Assembly (NCBI GenBank): GCA_009773185.1
Contig: WPIF01000003.1
Location: 12,760 to 76,759, forward strand
Source of the DNA: Nitrospirota bacterium
Lineage (GTDB): Bacteria > Nitrospirota > Thermodesulfovibrionia > Thermodesulfovibrionales > UBA1546
Direction: 5' to 3'
DNA: 64,000 bases
This document shows positions 1 through 8,914 of the stretch, piece after piece. The notes below the pieces were generated by a model, which worked only from the letters and a program-made list of their open reading frames with translations, was not told the origin of the DNA and searched no databases. A program made the translations under genes and the position numbers. Each line of letters opens with the position of its first letter. Within the stretch, counting starts at the first letter, position 1.

Positions 1-48
1 GTATGAAATTACAAGCTTAGAGAGCAGCCTCAGCTTCTAAAGGTAACA

Positions 49-801
49 ATGGCAAAAGTATTAGGTGAAAGTGGAAGATATGTGACTGAACAATCTATAA
101 AGAAATATCAAAAACAATTTCTTGTTATTTTTTTGGTTTTTTGGGCTTTAACATTTGTAGATGGTTACTTATACGGAGTAAGAAACATCCCACTTGCACT
201 TATTCTCACTGGTTTTTTTAGTGCAAGTGCGCTGCTGAGTCTGAAATGGACAAATAAGCAAATAAAAGCATTAGAAATAGAGAGGATCAATTTCCGAAAA
301 GGTGCGGTTGGAGAAGCAGTTGTCGGCTATGTCCTTGAAAGCTTCCCAGACGATTACCAAGTCATTAATGACCTCTCAACGCCATTCGGGAATATTGACC
401 ACGTTGTTGTCGGCCCGACAGGTATTTATGTTCTTGACACTAAAAATTGGCGGGGAATTATAACTGCGGCTGACAATGGAGAAATCCTTGTGAATGGAAA
501 GCCTACAGATAAACCTGCGGTTAAAATTCTAACAGGTAGACTTATGAGCATTAAAGAAAAAATTAAAGTTCTTTGTGGAGCAGATTCTTATGTTCAAGGC
601 ATTTTAGTATTTCCATCGGCACATGTTGACGCAAAGTGGGGAACAACCGGCTATGTTCATTGCATGACAGATGATACTCTTTATAAGTACATTGTTGAGA
701 ACAAAAAAAACAATAAGTTGAGTAAAAAAGAAATAGATTCCATTTCTCACGCCTTTCTTGCCCTCGCCCGCATGGACACCGGATTCGAAGATAAAAAATA
801 A
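49..801 (+). CDS. Membrane-anchored NERD (nuclease-related domain) protein
   Basis: Two N-terminal hydrophobic helices, then NERD-type motifs G..GE..V, INDL, NIDHVVVGPTGIYVLDTKNW. Confidence 0.8.
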   Translation: MAKVLGESGRYVTEQSIKKYQKQFLVIFLVFWALTFVDGYLYGVRNIPLALILTGFFSASALLSLKWTNKQIKALEIERINFRKGAVGEAVVGYVLESFPDDYQVINDLSTPFGNIDHVVVGPTGIYVLDTKNWRGIITAADNGEILVNGKPTDKPAVKILTGRLMSIKEKIKVLCGADSYVQGILVFPSAHVDAKWGTTGYVHCMTDDTLYKYIVENKKNNKLSKKEIDSISHAFLALARMDTGFEDKK

Positions 802-813
802 TTTAATCCTCCC

Positions 814-826
814 CCCTCCGCCCCCA
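814..826 (+). repeat. 13-bp direct repeat CCCTCCGCCCCCA, copy 1 (copy 2 at 1625-1637)
   Basis: Identical 13-mer on both sides of the vapBC pair, each followed by an octamer tract. Confidence 0.7.
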
Positions 827-844
827 ACCCAGCAACAGGAACGG

Positions 845-880
845 CAGTATCAAAGGGTCAAAGTATCAAAGTTCCATAGC
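845..880. repeat. Degenerate octamer tandem tract (AGTATCAA AGGGTCAA AGTATCAA AGTTCCAT AGC)
   Basis: 8-nt periodicity read directly. Confidence 0.65.
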
Positions 881-900
881 CATGACACCAGCACAAACAT

Positions 901-935
901 TTGACATAGGCCTTTTGTGGTGTATATAATATACA
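901..935 (+). promoter_or_regulatory. Sigma70 promoter of the vapBC operon with overlapping inverted-repeat operator
   Basis: TTGACA 901-906, 18 nt, TATAAT 925-930; IR TGTATA-N3-TATACA 921-935; SD GGAGG before ATG 951. Confidence 0.75.
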
Positions 936-950
936 TCATGGGAGGTAACT

Positions 951-1196
951 ATGCCGACACTTAAAAGGACCCAAATGTATTTCCCCGAAGATATGCTCAG
1001 GGAACTGAAAAGAAAGGCAGATGATGAACATACCACTGTTTCTGATATCGTGAGAAACGCAGTTTCAGGAGTTCTGGAAGAGAAGAAAGAAAAAAACTGG
1101 ATAGAAGACCCTTTGTGGAATATGATTGGTGCGAGCAGGTCAAAAGACAGAGACCTTTCTGTTAATCATGATAAGTATCTTTACGGGAAAAAATAA
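951..1196 (+). CDS. vapB: Ribbon-helix-helix (CopG-like) antitoxin, VapB type
   Basis: KRTQMYF beta strand then two helices (LKRKA...SDIVRNAV); directly upstream of a PIN gene. Confidence 0.8.
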   Translation: MPTLKRTQMYFPEDMLRELKRKADDEHTTVSDIVRNAVSGVLEEKKEKNWIEDPLWNMIGASRSKDRDLSVNHDKYLYGKK

Positions 1197-1598
1197 GTGA
1201 GGCTATTTGTTGATACCTCTGCATGGCTTGCACTGAATGATAAAAATGATCAGTATCATAACAGCGCAACGGCAAAGATTGCGGCAGTAAAAAAAGACAG
1301 GATTGAACTTATCACTTCTGAATATGTAATTGACGAAAGCATAACCCTGATAAGATACAGGATTTCACATCAGGCAGCAGTCACTTTTGGAGATTCTCTC
1401 TTTAACAGCAGCATAGTCAATGTCCTGGATATAACGCAGGAAGACAGACTTAAGGCTTGGGAGGTATTCAAGAGGTATGGAGACAAAGAGTTAAGTTTTA
1501 CAGACTGCACGAGTTTTATATTAATGAGAAATCTGAAGATTCATAAGGCTTTTACATTTGACGAGCATTTCAAACAGATAGGGCTTGAAATATTCTGA
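1197..1598 (+). CDS. vapC: PIN-domain ribonuclease toxin, VapC type
   Basis: FVDTSAW, VIDE, SFTDC, FTFDEHF acidic PIN motifs; GTG start abutting the antitoxin stop. Confidence 0.9.
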   Translation: MRLFVDTSAWLALNDKNDQYHNSATAKIAAVKKDRIELITSEYVIDESITLIRYRISHQAAVTFGDSLFNSSIVNVLDITQEDRLKAWEVFKRYGDKELSFTDCTSFILMRNLKIHKAFTFDEHFKQIGLEIF

Positions 1599-1624
1599 TT
1601 AAATCTTTTTAGCGATTCAGCCCA

Positions 1625-1637
1625 CCCTCCGCCCCCA
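1625..1637 (+). repeat. 13-bp direct repeat CCCTCCGCCCCCA, copy 2
   Basis: Identical to 814-826. Confidence 0.7.
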
Positions 1638-1650
1638 CCAAGAAAGCGCG

Positions 1651-1720
1651 ATAGTACATAGTGCCATAGCAAAAGACTGTAGAACTGAGGTACTACGGAA
1701 CTATGGGACTGAGGAACTAA
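1651..1720. repeat. Paired octamer arms: left ATAGTACATAGTGCCATAGC, right AGAACTGA GGTACTAC GGAACTAT GGGACTGA GGAACTAA
   Basis: 8-nt periodicity; same unit types as the in-frame kdsB insert (39401-39480). Confidence 0.75.
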
Positions 1721-1744
1721 GACAAGTGCAGAAGTCATAAGTGC

Positions 1745-1790
1745 AGTCGCCCCGGTCCGCACTCAGGCGGATTCGCCGGGGAGAACGACT
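1745..1790. repeat. GC-rich hairpin element, related copy at 18990-19018
   Basis: Shared core GTCCGC-loop-GCGGATTC(G/T)CCGGGG(A/C)GAA. Confidence 0.55.
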
Positions 1791-1840
1791 CTTCGCTGAA
1801 GCCGGGAAAAGTCAGAAGCAGAGAAGTCAATAATGGTATA

Positions 1841-2278
1841 ATGTTTTATATGAAATGGTTAATGGTTCTGATTTTATTCCCAACCCTGGTATTTGCAGGC
1901 GAGACCTGCCCGCAGGTCGGCGGGCAATGCCGGGAAGCCTGTGCACCGGATGAAGCAGCAGAGAAGGGTGAATTTCTTGATTGCACCGAAAAGCAGCAGT
2001 GCTGCATACCAAGGGAAGCTTCAAAGATTTTATCCATTGTGGTTCTTATAGACCAATTTGCTTTTTCGCCTGATGTGATAAGGATAAAGGCAGGGACAGA
2101 GGTAGTATGGAAAAACAAAGACTCCTCCGGCCACACTGTATCTGCTGAAGACGGCAGTTTCAATTCCGGCACAATCACTCAGGGCGGAGAATTTAAGATG
2201 AAGTTTACCAGGCCCGGGACATATACTTATACCTGCGATATGCACTCTTTTATGTCAGGCAGGGTAGTGGTTGAGTAA
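1841..2278 (+). CDS. Secreted cupredoxin (plastocyanin/amicyanin-like) with an N-terminal six-Cys domain
   Basis: Signal peptide (likely ATG 1850); type-1 Cu ligands SGHTV and C-x2-H-x2-M (CDMHSFM); six-Cys module at 1907-2005. Confidence 0.8.
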   Translation: MFYMKWLMVLILFPTLVFAGETCPQVGGQCREACAPDEAAEKGEFLDCTEKQQCCIPREASKILSIVVLIDQFAFSPDVIRIKAGTEVVWKNKDSSGHTVSAEDGSFNSGTITQGGEFKMKFTRPGTYTYTCDMHSFMSGRVVVE

Positions 2279-2397
2279 TGCCCTCAGCAGCCCATCTTGC
2301 TTTTCCTTTGGCCAATCAATATAATCTATACCTCCGTGTTGAAATTATTCAGGGGAGATTTTAATATTTAGAGAGATTTTTGGATTAGCTTTATGAC

Positions 2398-3438
2398 ATG
2401 CATTTTATGAAACTCAACTTTACAAGAAATAACGGTCCGATGGACGACTCAATTGACAGAATGATTGAGCTTGCCGGCGGTATCAATAATACTGAAATCA
2501 TCCGTGAGATGATTCTGACTGCACTCAAGGCAGGCCAGGAGAATTATGAAAAGGCCGACCTCAAGCTCATGAACTCCACATTAAAGGAGATGCGGTTTAC
2601 CTCGAAGATATTCGGGCCTTACCGCAACAAGAGGAAGGTTACTGTTTTCGGTTCTGCAAGGACCCAACCCGGCGAACCGGTTTATAAGATGGCCCAGCTT
2701 TTTGGCCAGAAGCTTGTTGAGGCCGGCTACATGGTCATTACAGGCGGCGGCGGCGGCATAATGCAGGCTGTTAATGAAGGCGCAGGCCCTGAGCATTCCT
2801 TTGGAGTTAATATCCAGCTGCCCTTTGAACAGCACCCGAATCCAACAGTGGAGGGAAATCCCCGCCTTATTACCTATAAATATTTTTTCAACCGCAAGGT
2901 TGCATTCCTCAAGGAGGCAAGCGCAGTTGCTCTTTTCCCCGGAGGATTTGGCACTCTTGATGAGGCGATGGAAACCCTCACGCTCATTCAGACAGGAAAG
3001 CACAACCCCCTGCCCCTGGTGCTTTTAGATGAACCGGGAGGGACTTACTGGGCCCGCTGGATAAAATTTTTCCATGAGGAACTGCTGGCAGAGGGTTATA
3101 TCAATGCTTCTGACTTTTATGTTTTTGAACGGGTTGATTCAGTAGGCTCTGCAGTAGAAAGAATCAACCGTTTCTATAAGCGTTACCACAGCCTGCGGTT
3201 TGTAGACAAAAAACTTGTAATCAGGCTCTCTTCTTCAATCAGCGAGCAGGCTGTCCATGAACTCAATGAAGGGTTCCGCGATATACTCCTGCCGCAGGGC
3301 CGGATATGCCTGTCGTGTCCTTTTCCTGCCGAGGAAGATGAGCCGGAACTTGCCGGTTTCCCGAGGCTTGTCATTGATTTCAACCGTAAAGACTTTGGTA
3401 TACTCCGGAAACTCATTGACGCCATTAATGAATACTGA
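2398..3438 (+). CDS. LOG-family (TIGR00730-like) nucleotide phosphoribohydrolase, long form
   Basis: VTVFGSART, ITGGGGGIMQA, RKVAF, PGGFGTLDE signature. Confidence 0.85.
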   Translation: MHFMKLNFTRNNGPMDDSIDRMIELAGGINNTEIIREMILTALKAGQENYEKADLKLMNSTLKEMRFTSKIFGPYRNKRKVTVFGSARTQPGEPVYKMAQLFGQKLVEAGYMVITGGGGGIMQAVNEGAGPEHSFGVNIQLPFEQHPNPTVEGNPRLITYKYFFNRKVAFLKEASAVALFPGGFGTLDEAMETLTLIQTGKHNPLPLVLLDEPGGTYWARWIKFFHEELLAEGYINASDFYVFERVDSVGSAVERINRFYKRYHSLRFVDKKLVIRLSSSISEQAVHELNEGFRDILLPQGRICLSCPFPAEEDEPELAGFPRLVIDFNRKDFGILRKLIDAINEY

Positions 3439-3525
3439 CGCAGAAAAGTTAAATAAATCAAAAAAGTTTTTTATTTATGTATTTTGTGCTATAGTTATAA
3501 AAAATAAGAGAGGAGGAATATAAAC

Positions 3526-3618
3526 ATGGCAAAATGTGCAGCAAAAACAAAAGCAGGCAAGAAATGCAAAAATACCGCAACCGGGAAATCGAAATTCTGC
3601 GCCTCACATAAGAAATAA
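3526..3618 (+). CDS. Unannotated 30-aa basic CCCH zinc-finger mini-protein (MAKCAAKTKAGKKCKNTATGKSKFCASHKK)
   Basis: SD GAGGAGG upstream; C-x9-C-x10-C-x2-H spacing; 10 Lys; below the ORF-track size cut-off. Confidence 0.7.
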   Translation: MAKCAAKTKAGKKCKNTATGKSKFCASHKK

Positions 3619-3678
3619 TAACCTTTGCATAAATAACAAGGGCCCTGTAAGCGAGCAAGCTGCTTTTGGCTTGATATC

Positions 3679-4995
3679 CTAGAGGATATTTGCTGCCAGA
3701 GAGGCGAGCTCGCTTCTTTCGCTTTTTGTCAGTGTAATATGCCCGAAGATGTTCTGTCCCTTCATGCGCTCAACCACATAACTAAGGCCATTGCTGCTTG
3801 CGTCAAGATAGGGGCTGTCAATCTGATAAGGGTCGCCCGCAAGAATTACTTTAGTTCCCTCGCCGGCCCGGCTGATAATAGTTTTTACTTCATGAGGTGT
3901 AAGGTTCTGGGCCTCATCAACAATCATATATTGTTTTGGGATGGACCTGCCCCTTATATAGGTAAGGGCCTCTATCTCTATGGTCCTGCCGCCCCTGGAC
4001 TGCATTAAGTGGTCAACTTTTCCCTCAACATCTTCCCCGTTTGGGCCTGTGAGGAGGCGGAGATTGTCATAGATGGGCTGCATCCAGTTCCTCAACTTGT
4101 CTTCCTTATCTCCGGGGAGATAACCGATATCCCTTCCAAACGGGATAATAGGCCGCGAAACCAGGAGCTTTGTATAGGCCCGTTCCTCTATGACCTTTTT
4201 GATTCCTGTTGCAAGGGCAAGCAGGGTTTTGCCGGTGCCTGCCGCACCCATAAGGGTAACCAGCCTGATCTCGTCGCATAAAAGCAACTCCATGGCAAAA
4301 AGCTGTTCCATATTGCGGGCCTTGATACCCTTGGGCTGCACCTTCTGATGAAAGAGAGGGACTATTTGTCTTGTAGCGGTCAGATATTTGCCGATTGCAG
4401 TGTGCTTCGGATTTGCCTCATTTTCCAGGATAACAAACTCATTAGGATAGAGGTCCATGTTGTCTGGCAGGGACATAGAACCCGATGCATAGAAATTATC
4501 TATGATTCCGGCTGAAACAGAAATGCTGCGCCTGCCTGTATATATCTCATCAAAATTCACATTCTGCTTTTCATAGTCCATAACAGCAAGGCCGATGGCA
4601 TCTGCCTTTATTCTGGCATTAATGTCTTTGGAAACAAAGATTACCTTTTTATTTCCATTCCTGCTCAGGAAATAGGCAGCGCGCAGGATCAGGTTGTCCA
4701 TGACATTTGTTGCAAGCCCTTCCAGTTTTTCATCCGAAGTATTCTGGACCAGCACCTGCAACCTTCCGCCGTTTTCGAGTGTAACGCCGTCTCCAAGCGA
4801 GCCCTTTGTGCGAAGTTCATCCAGGGCCCTGATTATCTGCCTGGCATTGCGCCCCTTTTCATCAGCATCCCTCTTGAAGCGGTCCAGTTCCTCGATGACC
4901 TCAATAGGCAGAATCACATCATTGTCTTCGAAATCAAAAAGGCTGGTTGAGTTGTGCAGGAGCACGTTGGTGTCAAGAACAAACTGTTTTTTCAT
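3679..4995 (-). CDS. PIN-PhoH (PhoH2/YlaK-type) ATPase
   Basis: N-terminal PIN (VLDTNVLL), Walker A GAAGTGKT, IVDEAQN, GDPYQID. Confidence 0.9.
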   Translation of the reverse strand: MKKQFVLDTNVLLHNSTSLFDFEDNDVILPIEVIEELDRFKRDADEKGRNARQIIRALDELRTKGSLGDGVTLENGGRLQVLVQNTSDEKLEGLATNVMDNLILRAAYFLSRNGNKKVIFVSKDINARIKADAIGLAVMDYEKQNVNFDEIYTGRRSISVSAGIIDNFYASGSMSLPDNMDLYPNEFVILENEANPKHTAIGKYLTATRQIVPLFHQKVQPKGIKARNMEQLFAMELLLCDEIRLVTLMGAAGTGKTLLALATGIKKVIEERAYTKLLVSRPIIPFGRDIGYLPGDKEDKLRNWMQPIYDNLRLLTGPNGEDVEGKVDHLMQSRGGRTIEIEALTYIRGRSIPKQYMIVDEAQNLTPHEVKTIISRAGEGTKVILAGDPYQIDSPYLDASSNGLSYVVERMKGQNIFGHITLTKSERSELASLAANIL

Positions 4996-5129
4996 GCCTT
5001 GTCCCCCATTATGGAATCATAAATATATTTGGAAGGATAACAGGAAAATCAAAATAATTACAATATGCCGGACATAAAAAGAAATGAAGAGAATCTTGCT
5101 TTTCCTTCATCCTATACATATAATTTACC

Positions 5130-6662
5130 ATGCTCTCAAAAATCCTCAGTGCGAGTGTAATAGGCATTGATGCGCATCCTGTTGATGTTGAAGTCGACAT
5201 TGCAGCCAGAGGGCTTCCTCATTTTTCTATGGTCGGGCTTCCTGATGCAGCTGTTAAGGAAAGCCGTGACAGGGTAAGGGCTGCGCTCAAAAATATCGGT
5301 TTCAATTTTCCCCTTAAACAGATAACAGTGAATCTTGCTCCGGCTGACCTGAAAAAAGAAGGTTCGTCATTTGACCTTCCTGTTGCAATCGGGATAATAG
5401 CAGCAGAAGGAGTTGTTGAGACGGGTTCTGTTCAGGGTTATCTTTTCACCGGAGAGCTTTCGCTTGATGGAAAGATAAAACCTGTCCGCGGCGCATTATC
5501 AATGGCCATCACTGCAAAAAATCTTGGATTAAAAGGAATAATACTTCCAGAGGAAAACGCCTCTGAGGCAGCAGTCGTAAAAGGCGTGTCTGTATTCGGA
5601 ATCAGCAACCTTCCTGAGGTCATAGCTTTTTTAAAGAACGGCTCTTCTCAAAAAGTATTTGTTACAGACGTTAAGAAGGTTATTGAAGAGAATTCCATTT
5701 ATGAGGATGATTTCTCAGAGGTAAAAGGACAGGAGCATGCAAAAAGGGCATTGGAGGTTGCTGCCTCAGGAGGGCACAATGTGCTTATGATTGGCCCGCC
5801 GGGTTCCGGAAAAACAATGCTTTCAAAAAGATTGCCTACAATACTTCCCAAAATGACTTTTGATGAGGCCCTTGAAACTACTAAAATACACAGCGTTGCC
5901 GGTTTGTTGAAAACAGGGCAGCCCCTGCTTGCTACCCGGGCTTTCAGGTCTCCGCATCATACTATCTCGGATGTTGCCTTAATCGGCGGCGGCCAGCTAC
6001 CAAAGCCGGGAGAGGTGAGCCTTTCGCATAACGGGGTTTTGTTCCTTGATGAACTCCCGGAATTCAAAAGGAACGTGCTTGAGGTCCTGAGGCAGCCGCT
6101 TGAAAACGGAGAGGTGACTGTATCAAGGGCCGTGGCCTCAATAACGTATCCTGCCAATTTCATGCTTGTTGCCGCAATGAACCCCTGTCCCTGCGGCTAT
6201 CTCGGGGATTCAAGGCACCAGTGCACATGCACAACAGGCCAGATACACCGTTACAGGCACAAGGTTTCAGGCCCTTTGCTTGACAGGATTGACATACATA
6301 TCGAAGTTCCTGCAGTGGCCTACAAGGAACTCTCAACAGAATATTCAGGAGAAAAATCATCCGACATAATGCATAGGGTTATCGCTGCAAGGGATATACA
6401 GCTTGAGAGGTTTAAAGGCGATAAAATTTATTCAAATGGGCAGATGAAGACAAGGCATATCAAAAAATACTGCAAATTAAAACCTGATGCACAGGCGCTT
6501 CTGGAAAACGCCATGCAGAAGCTCGGGCTTTCTGCAAGGGCCTACGCAAGGATTTTGAAGCTCTCAAGGACAATCGCTGATTTGGAAACTTCAGATGAAA
6601 TTCACTCCCACCATATCTCGGAGGCAATTCAGTACAGGACCCTGGACAGGGGAGTGTTTTAA
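5130..6662 (+). CDS. comM: YifB/ComM Mg-chelatase-like AAA+ ATPase
   Basis: Lon-like N domain (NLAPADLKKEGSSFDLP), GPPGSGKT, PHHT, LFLDE, NPCPCG, GPLLDRID. Confidence 0.95.
   Translation: MLSKILSASVIGIDAHPVDVEVDIAARGLPHFSMVGLPDAAVKESRDRVRAALKNIGFNFPLKQITVNLAPADLKKEGSSFDLPVAIGIIAAEGVVETGSVQGYLFTGELSLDGKIKPVRGALSMAITAKNLGLKGIILPEENASEAAVVKGVSVFGISNLPEVIAFLKNGSSQKVFVTDVKKVIEENSIYEDDFSEVKGQEHAKRALEVAASGGHNVLMIGPPGSGKTMLSKRLPTILPKMTFDEALETTKIHSVAGLLKTGQPLLATRAFRSPHHTISDVALIGGGQLPKPGEVSLSHNGVLFLDELPEFKRNVLEVLRQPLENGEVTVSRAVASITYPANFMLVAAMNPCPCGYLGDSRHQCTCTTGQIHRYRHKVSGPLLDRIDIHIEVPAVAYKELSTEYSGEKSSDIMHRVIAARDIQLERFKGDKIYSNGQMKTRHIKKYCKLKPDAQALLENAMQKLGLSARAYARILKLSRTIADLETSDEIHSHHISEAIQYRTLDRGVF
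6570..6662 (+). repeat. 93-bp perfect direct repeat, left copy (last 93 nt of comM)
   Basis: Identical to 14109-14201. Confidence 0.95.
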
Positions 6663-6682
6663 TAATTAGAGCATGACATCGC

Positions 6683-7369
6683 TTAGGAAGTTGCGTCAGG
6701 CTCAAACTTGTATCCAACACCATAGACCGAATGGATGAGCATCGCTTCAGGGTCAACGGCCTCGATCTTCCTTCGCAATTTTTTGATATGGCTGTCAACG
6801 GTACGGTCGCTGACGCTACGCTCATCCGGATATATCCTGTTCATAAGTTGTTGGCGACCATAGATACGTCCCGGATTGGCGACCAAGAACTGCAATAGTT
6901 TGAACTCTACTGCGGTGAGTTCCAGGTTATGGCTATGAAGTGTAGCCCGATAACGGTGTTCGTCAAGAACAAGCCCTTTGGCCTGAATCGTATGACCGTC
7001 GTGCGTGCGACGTAGGACAGCCTTGACCCGCGCCACCACTTCGCGGGGACTGAACGGCTTGCAAATGTAATCATCTGCGCCGAGTTCAAGTCCCAGCAGA
7101 CGATCGATCTCTTCGATTCGCGCGGTTACCATTATTATAGGCACATGAGAGAATGCGCGGATGTCCTTGCAGACTTCCATACCGTCGCGTCCTGGCAGCA
7201 TCAGATCAAGAAGAATAAGGTCAGGCTTGTGCTCGCGAAACCATGGTACAACCTCAGCACCGTTTGAAAGACAAAATGGCTCGAATCCAGACGCTCTCAG
7301 GTAATCAGAGAGCAGACTTGCCAGTTTCGGCTCATCTTCAACAATAAGAATATTCCCGTTCATGAGCAT
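6683..7369 (-). CDS. baeR: OmpR-family response regulator, BaeR-like
   Basis: ILIVEDEPKL, LLDLMLPG, EEIDRLLGLE.GADDYICKP, winged-helix C terminus; very like E. coli BaeR. Confidence 0.9.
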   Translation of the reverse strand: MLMNGNILIVEDEPKLASLLSDYLRASGFEPFCLSNGAEVVPWFREHKPDLILLDLMLPGRDGMEVCKDIRAFSHVPIIMVTARIEEIDRLLGLELGADDYICKPFSPREVVARVKAVLRRTHDGHTIQAKGLVLDEHRYRATLHSHNLELTAVEFKLLQFLVANPGRIYGRQQLMNRIYPDERSVSDRTVDSHIKKLRRKIEAVDPEAMLIHSVYGVGYKFEPDATS

Positions 7370-8787
7370 ACACCGGCAACTGGTATAGTAACCCTGATCA
7401 GAACTCCGCCCAACAGCGAAGGATGAGCAAATATTGTCCCTGCATGGGCCTCGACGATATTTCTACAGATTGCCAGGCCAAGCCCGGCACCGCCAGTTGC
7501 CCGGCTTCGGGAAGCCTCCACCCGATAGAGGCGGTCGAAAAGTTTGTCCAGTTCCTCTGCCGGAACTCCGGGCGCAGTGTCTTCAAAATCAATCACTGCC
7601 TGATTATTCCGGCATGTTAGACGCATGACAAGCTCTCCTCCCGTATCGGTGTATTTCAGGGAGTTGTCGATGAGATTGGCGAAGAGCTGGTACATCCGCT
7701 CTTCGTCAGCGAAGACGATGAAATTTGATCCCGGTGGAATGTCTTTTGTAAGCGAGATGTGCTTACGAGCGAGATCCTCAAAATAAGGTTCTATGGAATT
7801 ATCGAGAACCTCAACAAGGTCAATGTCCTCCTTGCGATAAGTCAATGTGCCGAGATCGGAGAGGGAAAGCTGGTAAAGATCATCAACCAGACGATGCAGC
7901 CGAAGCGCCTCTGCATGAAGCGAACGAATGCTTTCCGGGGTGGTGTTCCGAATCCCCTCCAAGAGAGCTTCAATCTCGCCCAGCAGCACTGATAGAGGGG
8001 TCCGCAATTCGTGAGAGATATCGGCAACCCACTGACGGCGCGCATTCTCATTCTTTTCAAGTGTCAAAGCCATTGTATTGAAGTCGCGGGCGAGTTGTCC
8101 CAACTCGTCTGACGAGTAGACGGGGACCCGAACGGAGTACCTCCCGGAGGCAAGATCGTGGGTTCCTGAAGCCATGGCCTTAATCGGCCTTACCATGCGG
8201 CTAGATAACGGAAGGGATAATATCGCCGCAACCAATATCATGCCAATAACAGACAGAATCAGGGCCGATTTCTGCCGCTTCAAAAATTCCTGCTGGAGAG
8301 GACCAAGAAAATGTTTTGGTGACATGAGCCCTATATAGCCGACAGTTTTGCCCCCATGGACAATCGGTCTGAAATTCGCCTCCTCGGCGTCCGCAGGGTT
8401 GCCAACTATAGGGTTTCGGTCTGCATCAGTAACAATAAAGGGTAGCCTTGGTCGGTGAGGCCCCGGAGGAGGAAAAGGAGAAGGAGAAGCATCTATTCCC
8501 TGATTGAGATCCTTCTGTCGTTCTGCCGTAGCGGCATCACCGGACTGCTCAGCCATGATATAAAAGAGCCTCGGGTTCTCCCGTAGAAAATCCCAGCTTC
8601 CATTCTCGGCATACGCTTGTTCCAGCTTTCCAGCTAACAGCTCCAACCTACCCTGCTCGAAAGAGTTGAGATATTGGAGAAATTCTCGGTTAATGCTCCA
8701 TTGCATGATGATGAACATGCACAGGAGTGCCAGACTGGTAGCGGCGAGAATTGAGAGAAACATCCTATGCGTAATGCCTATCTTCAT
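7360..8787 (-). CDS. baeS: Sensor histidine kinase, BaeS-like
   Basis: Two TM helices, HAMP, H-box DISHELRTP, N/G boxes (NSLKYT, GGAGLGLAI). Confidence 0.9.
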   Translation of the reverse strand: MKIGITHRMFLSILAATSLALLCMFIIMQWSINREFLQYLNSFEQGRLELLAGKLEQAYAENGSWDFLRENPRLFYIMAEQSGDAATAERQKDLNQGIDASPSPFPPPGPHRPRLPFIVTDADRNPIVGNPADAEEANFRPIVHGGKTVGYIGLMSPKHFLGPLQQEFLKRQKSALILSVIGMILVAAILSLPLSSRMVRPIKAMASGTHDLASGRYSVRVPVYSSDELGQLARDFNTMALTLEKNENARRQWVADISHELRTPLSVLLGEIEALLEGIRNTTPESIRSLHAEALRLHRLVDDLYQLSLSDLGTLTYRKEDIDLVEVLDNSIEPYFEDLARKHISLTKDIPPGSNFIVFADEERMYQLFANLIDNSLKYTDTGGELVMRLTCRNNQAVIDFEDTAPGVPAEELDKLFDRLYRVEASRSRATGGAGLGLAICRNIVEAHAGTIFAHPSLLGGVLIRVTIPVAGVCS

Positions 8788-8854
8788 TTTTCTATTTTAC
8801 ATCGCGATGACAAAGAATGTGCATTATCATTTAAGCTCTTCGCAAGTTTCCTTA

Positions 8855-8868
8855 TTTCTTCCATAATT
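8855..8868 (+). promoter_or_regulatory. Possible BaeR box upstream of the efflux operon
   Basis: TTTCTTCCATAATT resembles the enterobacterial BaeR site (TTCTCCATDATT-like, from memory); lies between divergent baeS and the efflux genes. Confidence 0.3.
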
Positions 8869-8914
8869 CTGCTACAATCGTTTGTTATTCTGAATTCATA
8901 AAGACGGCAGTCCC

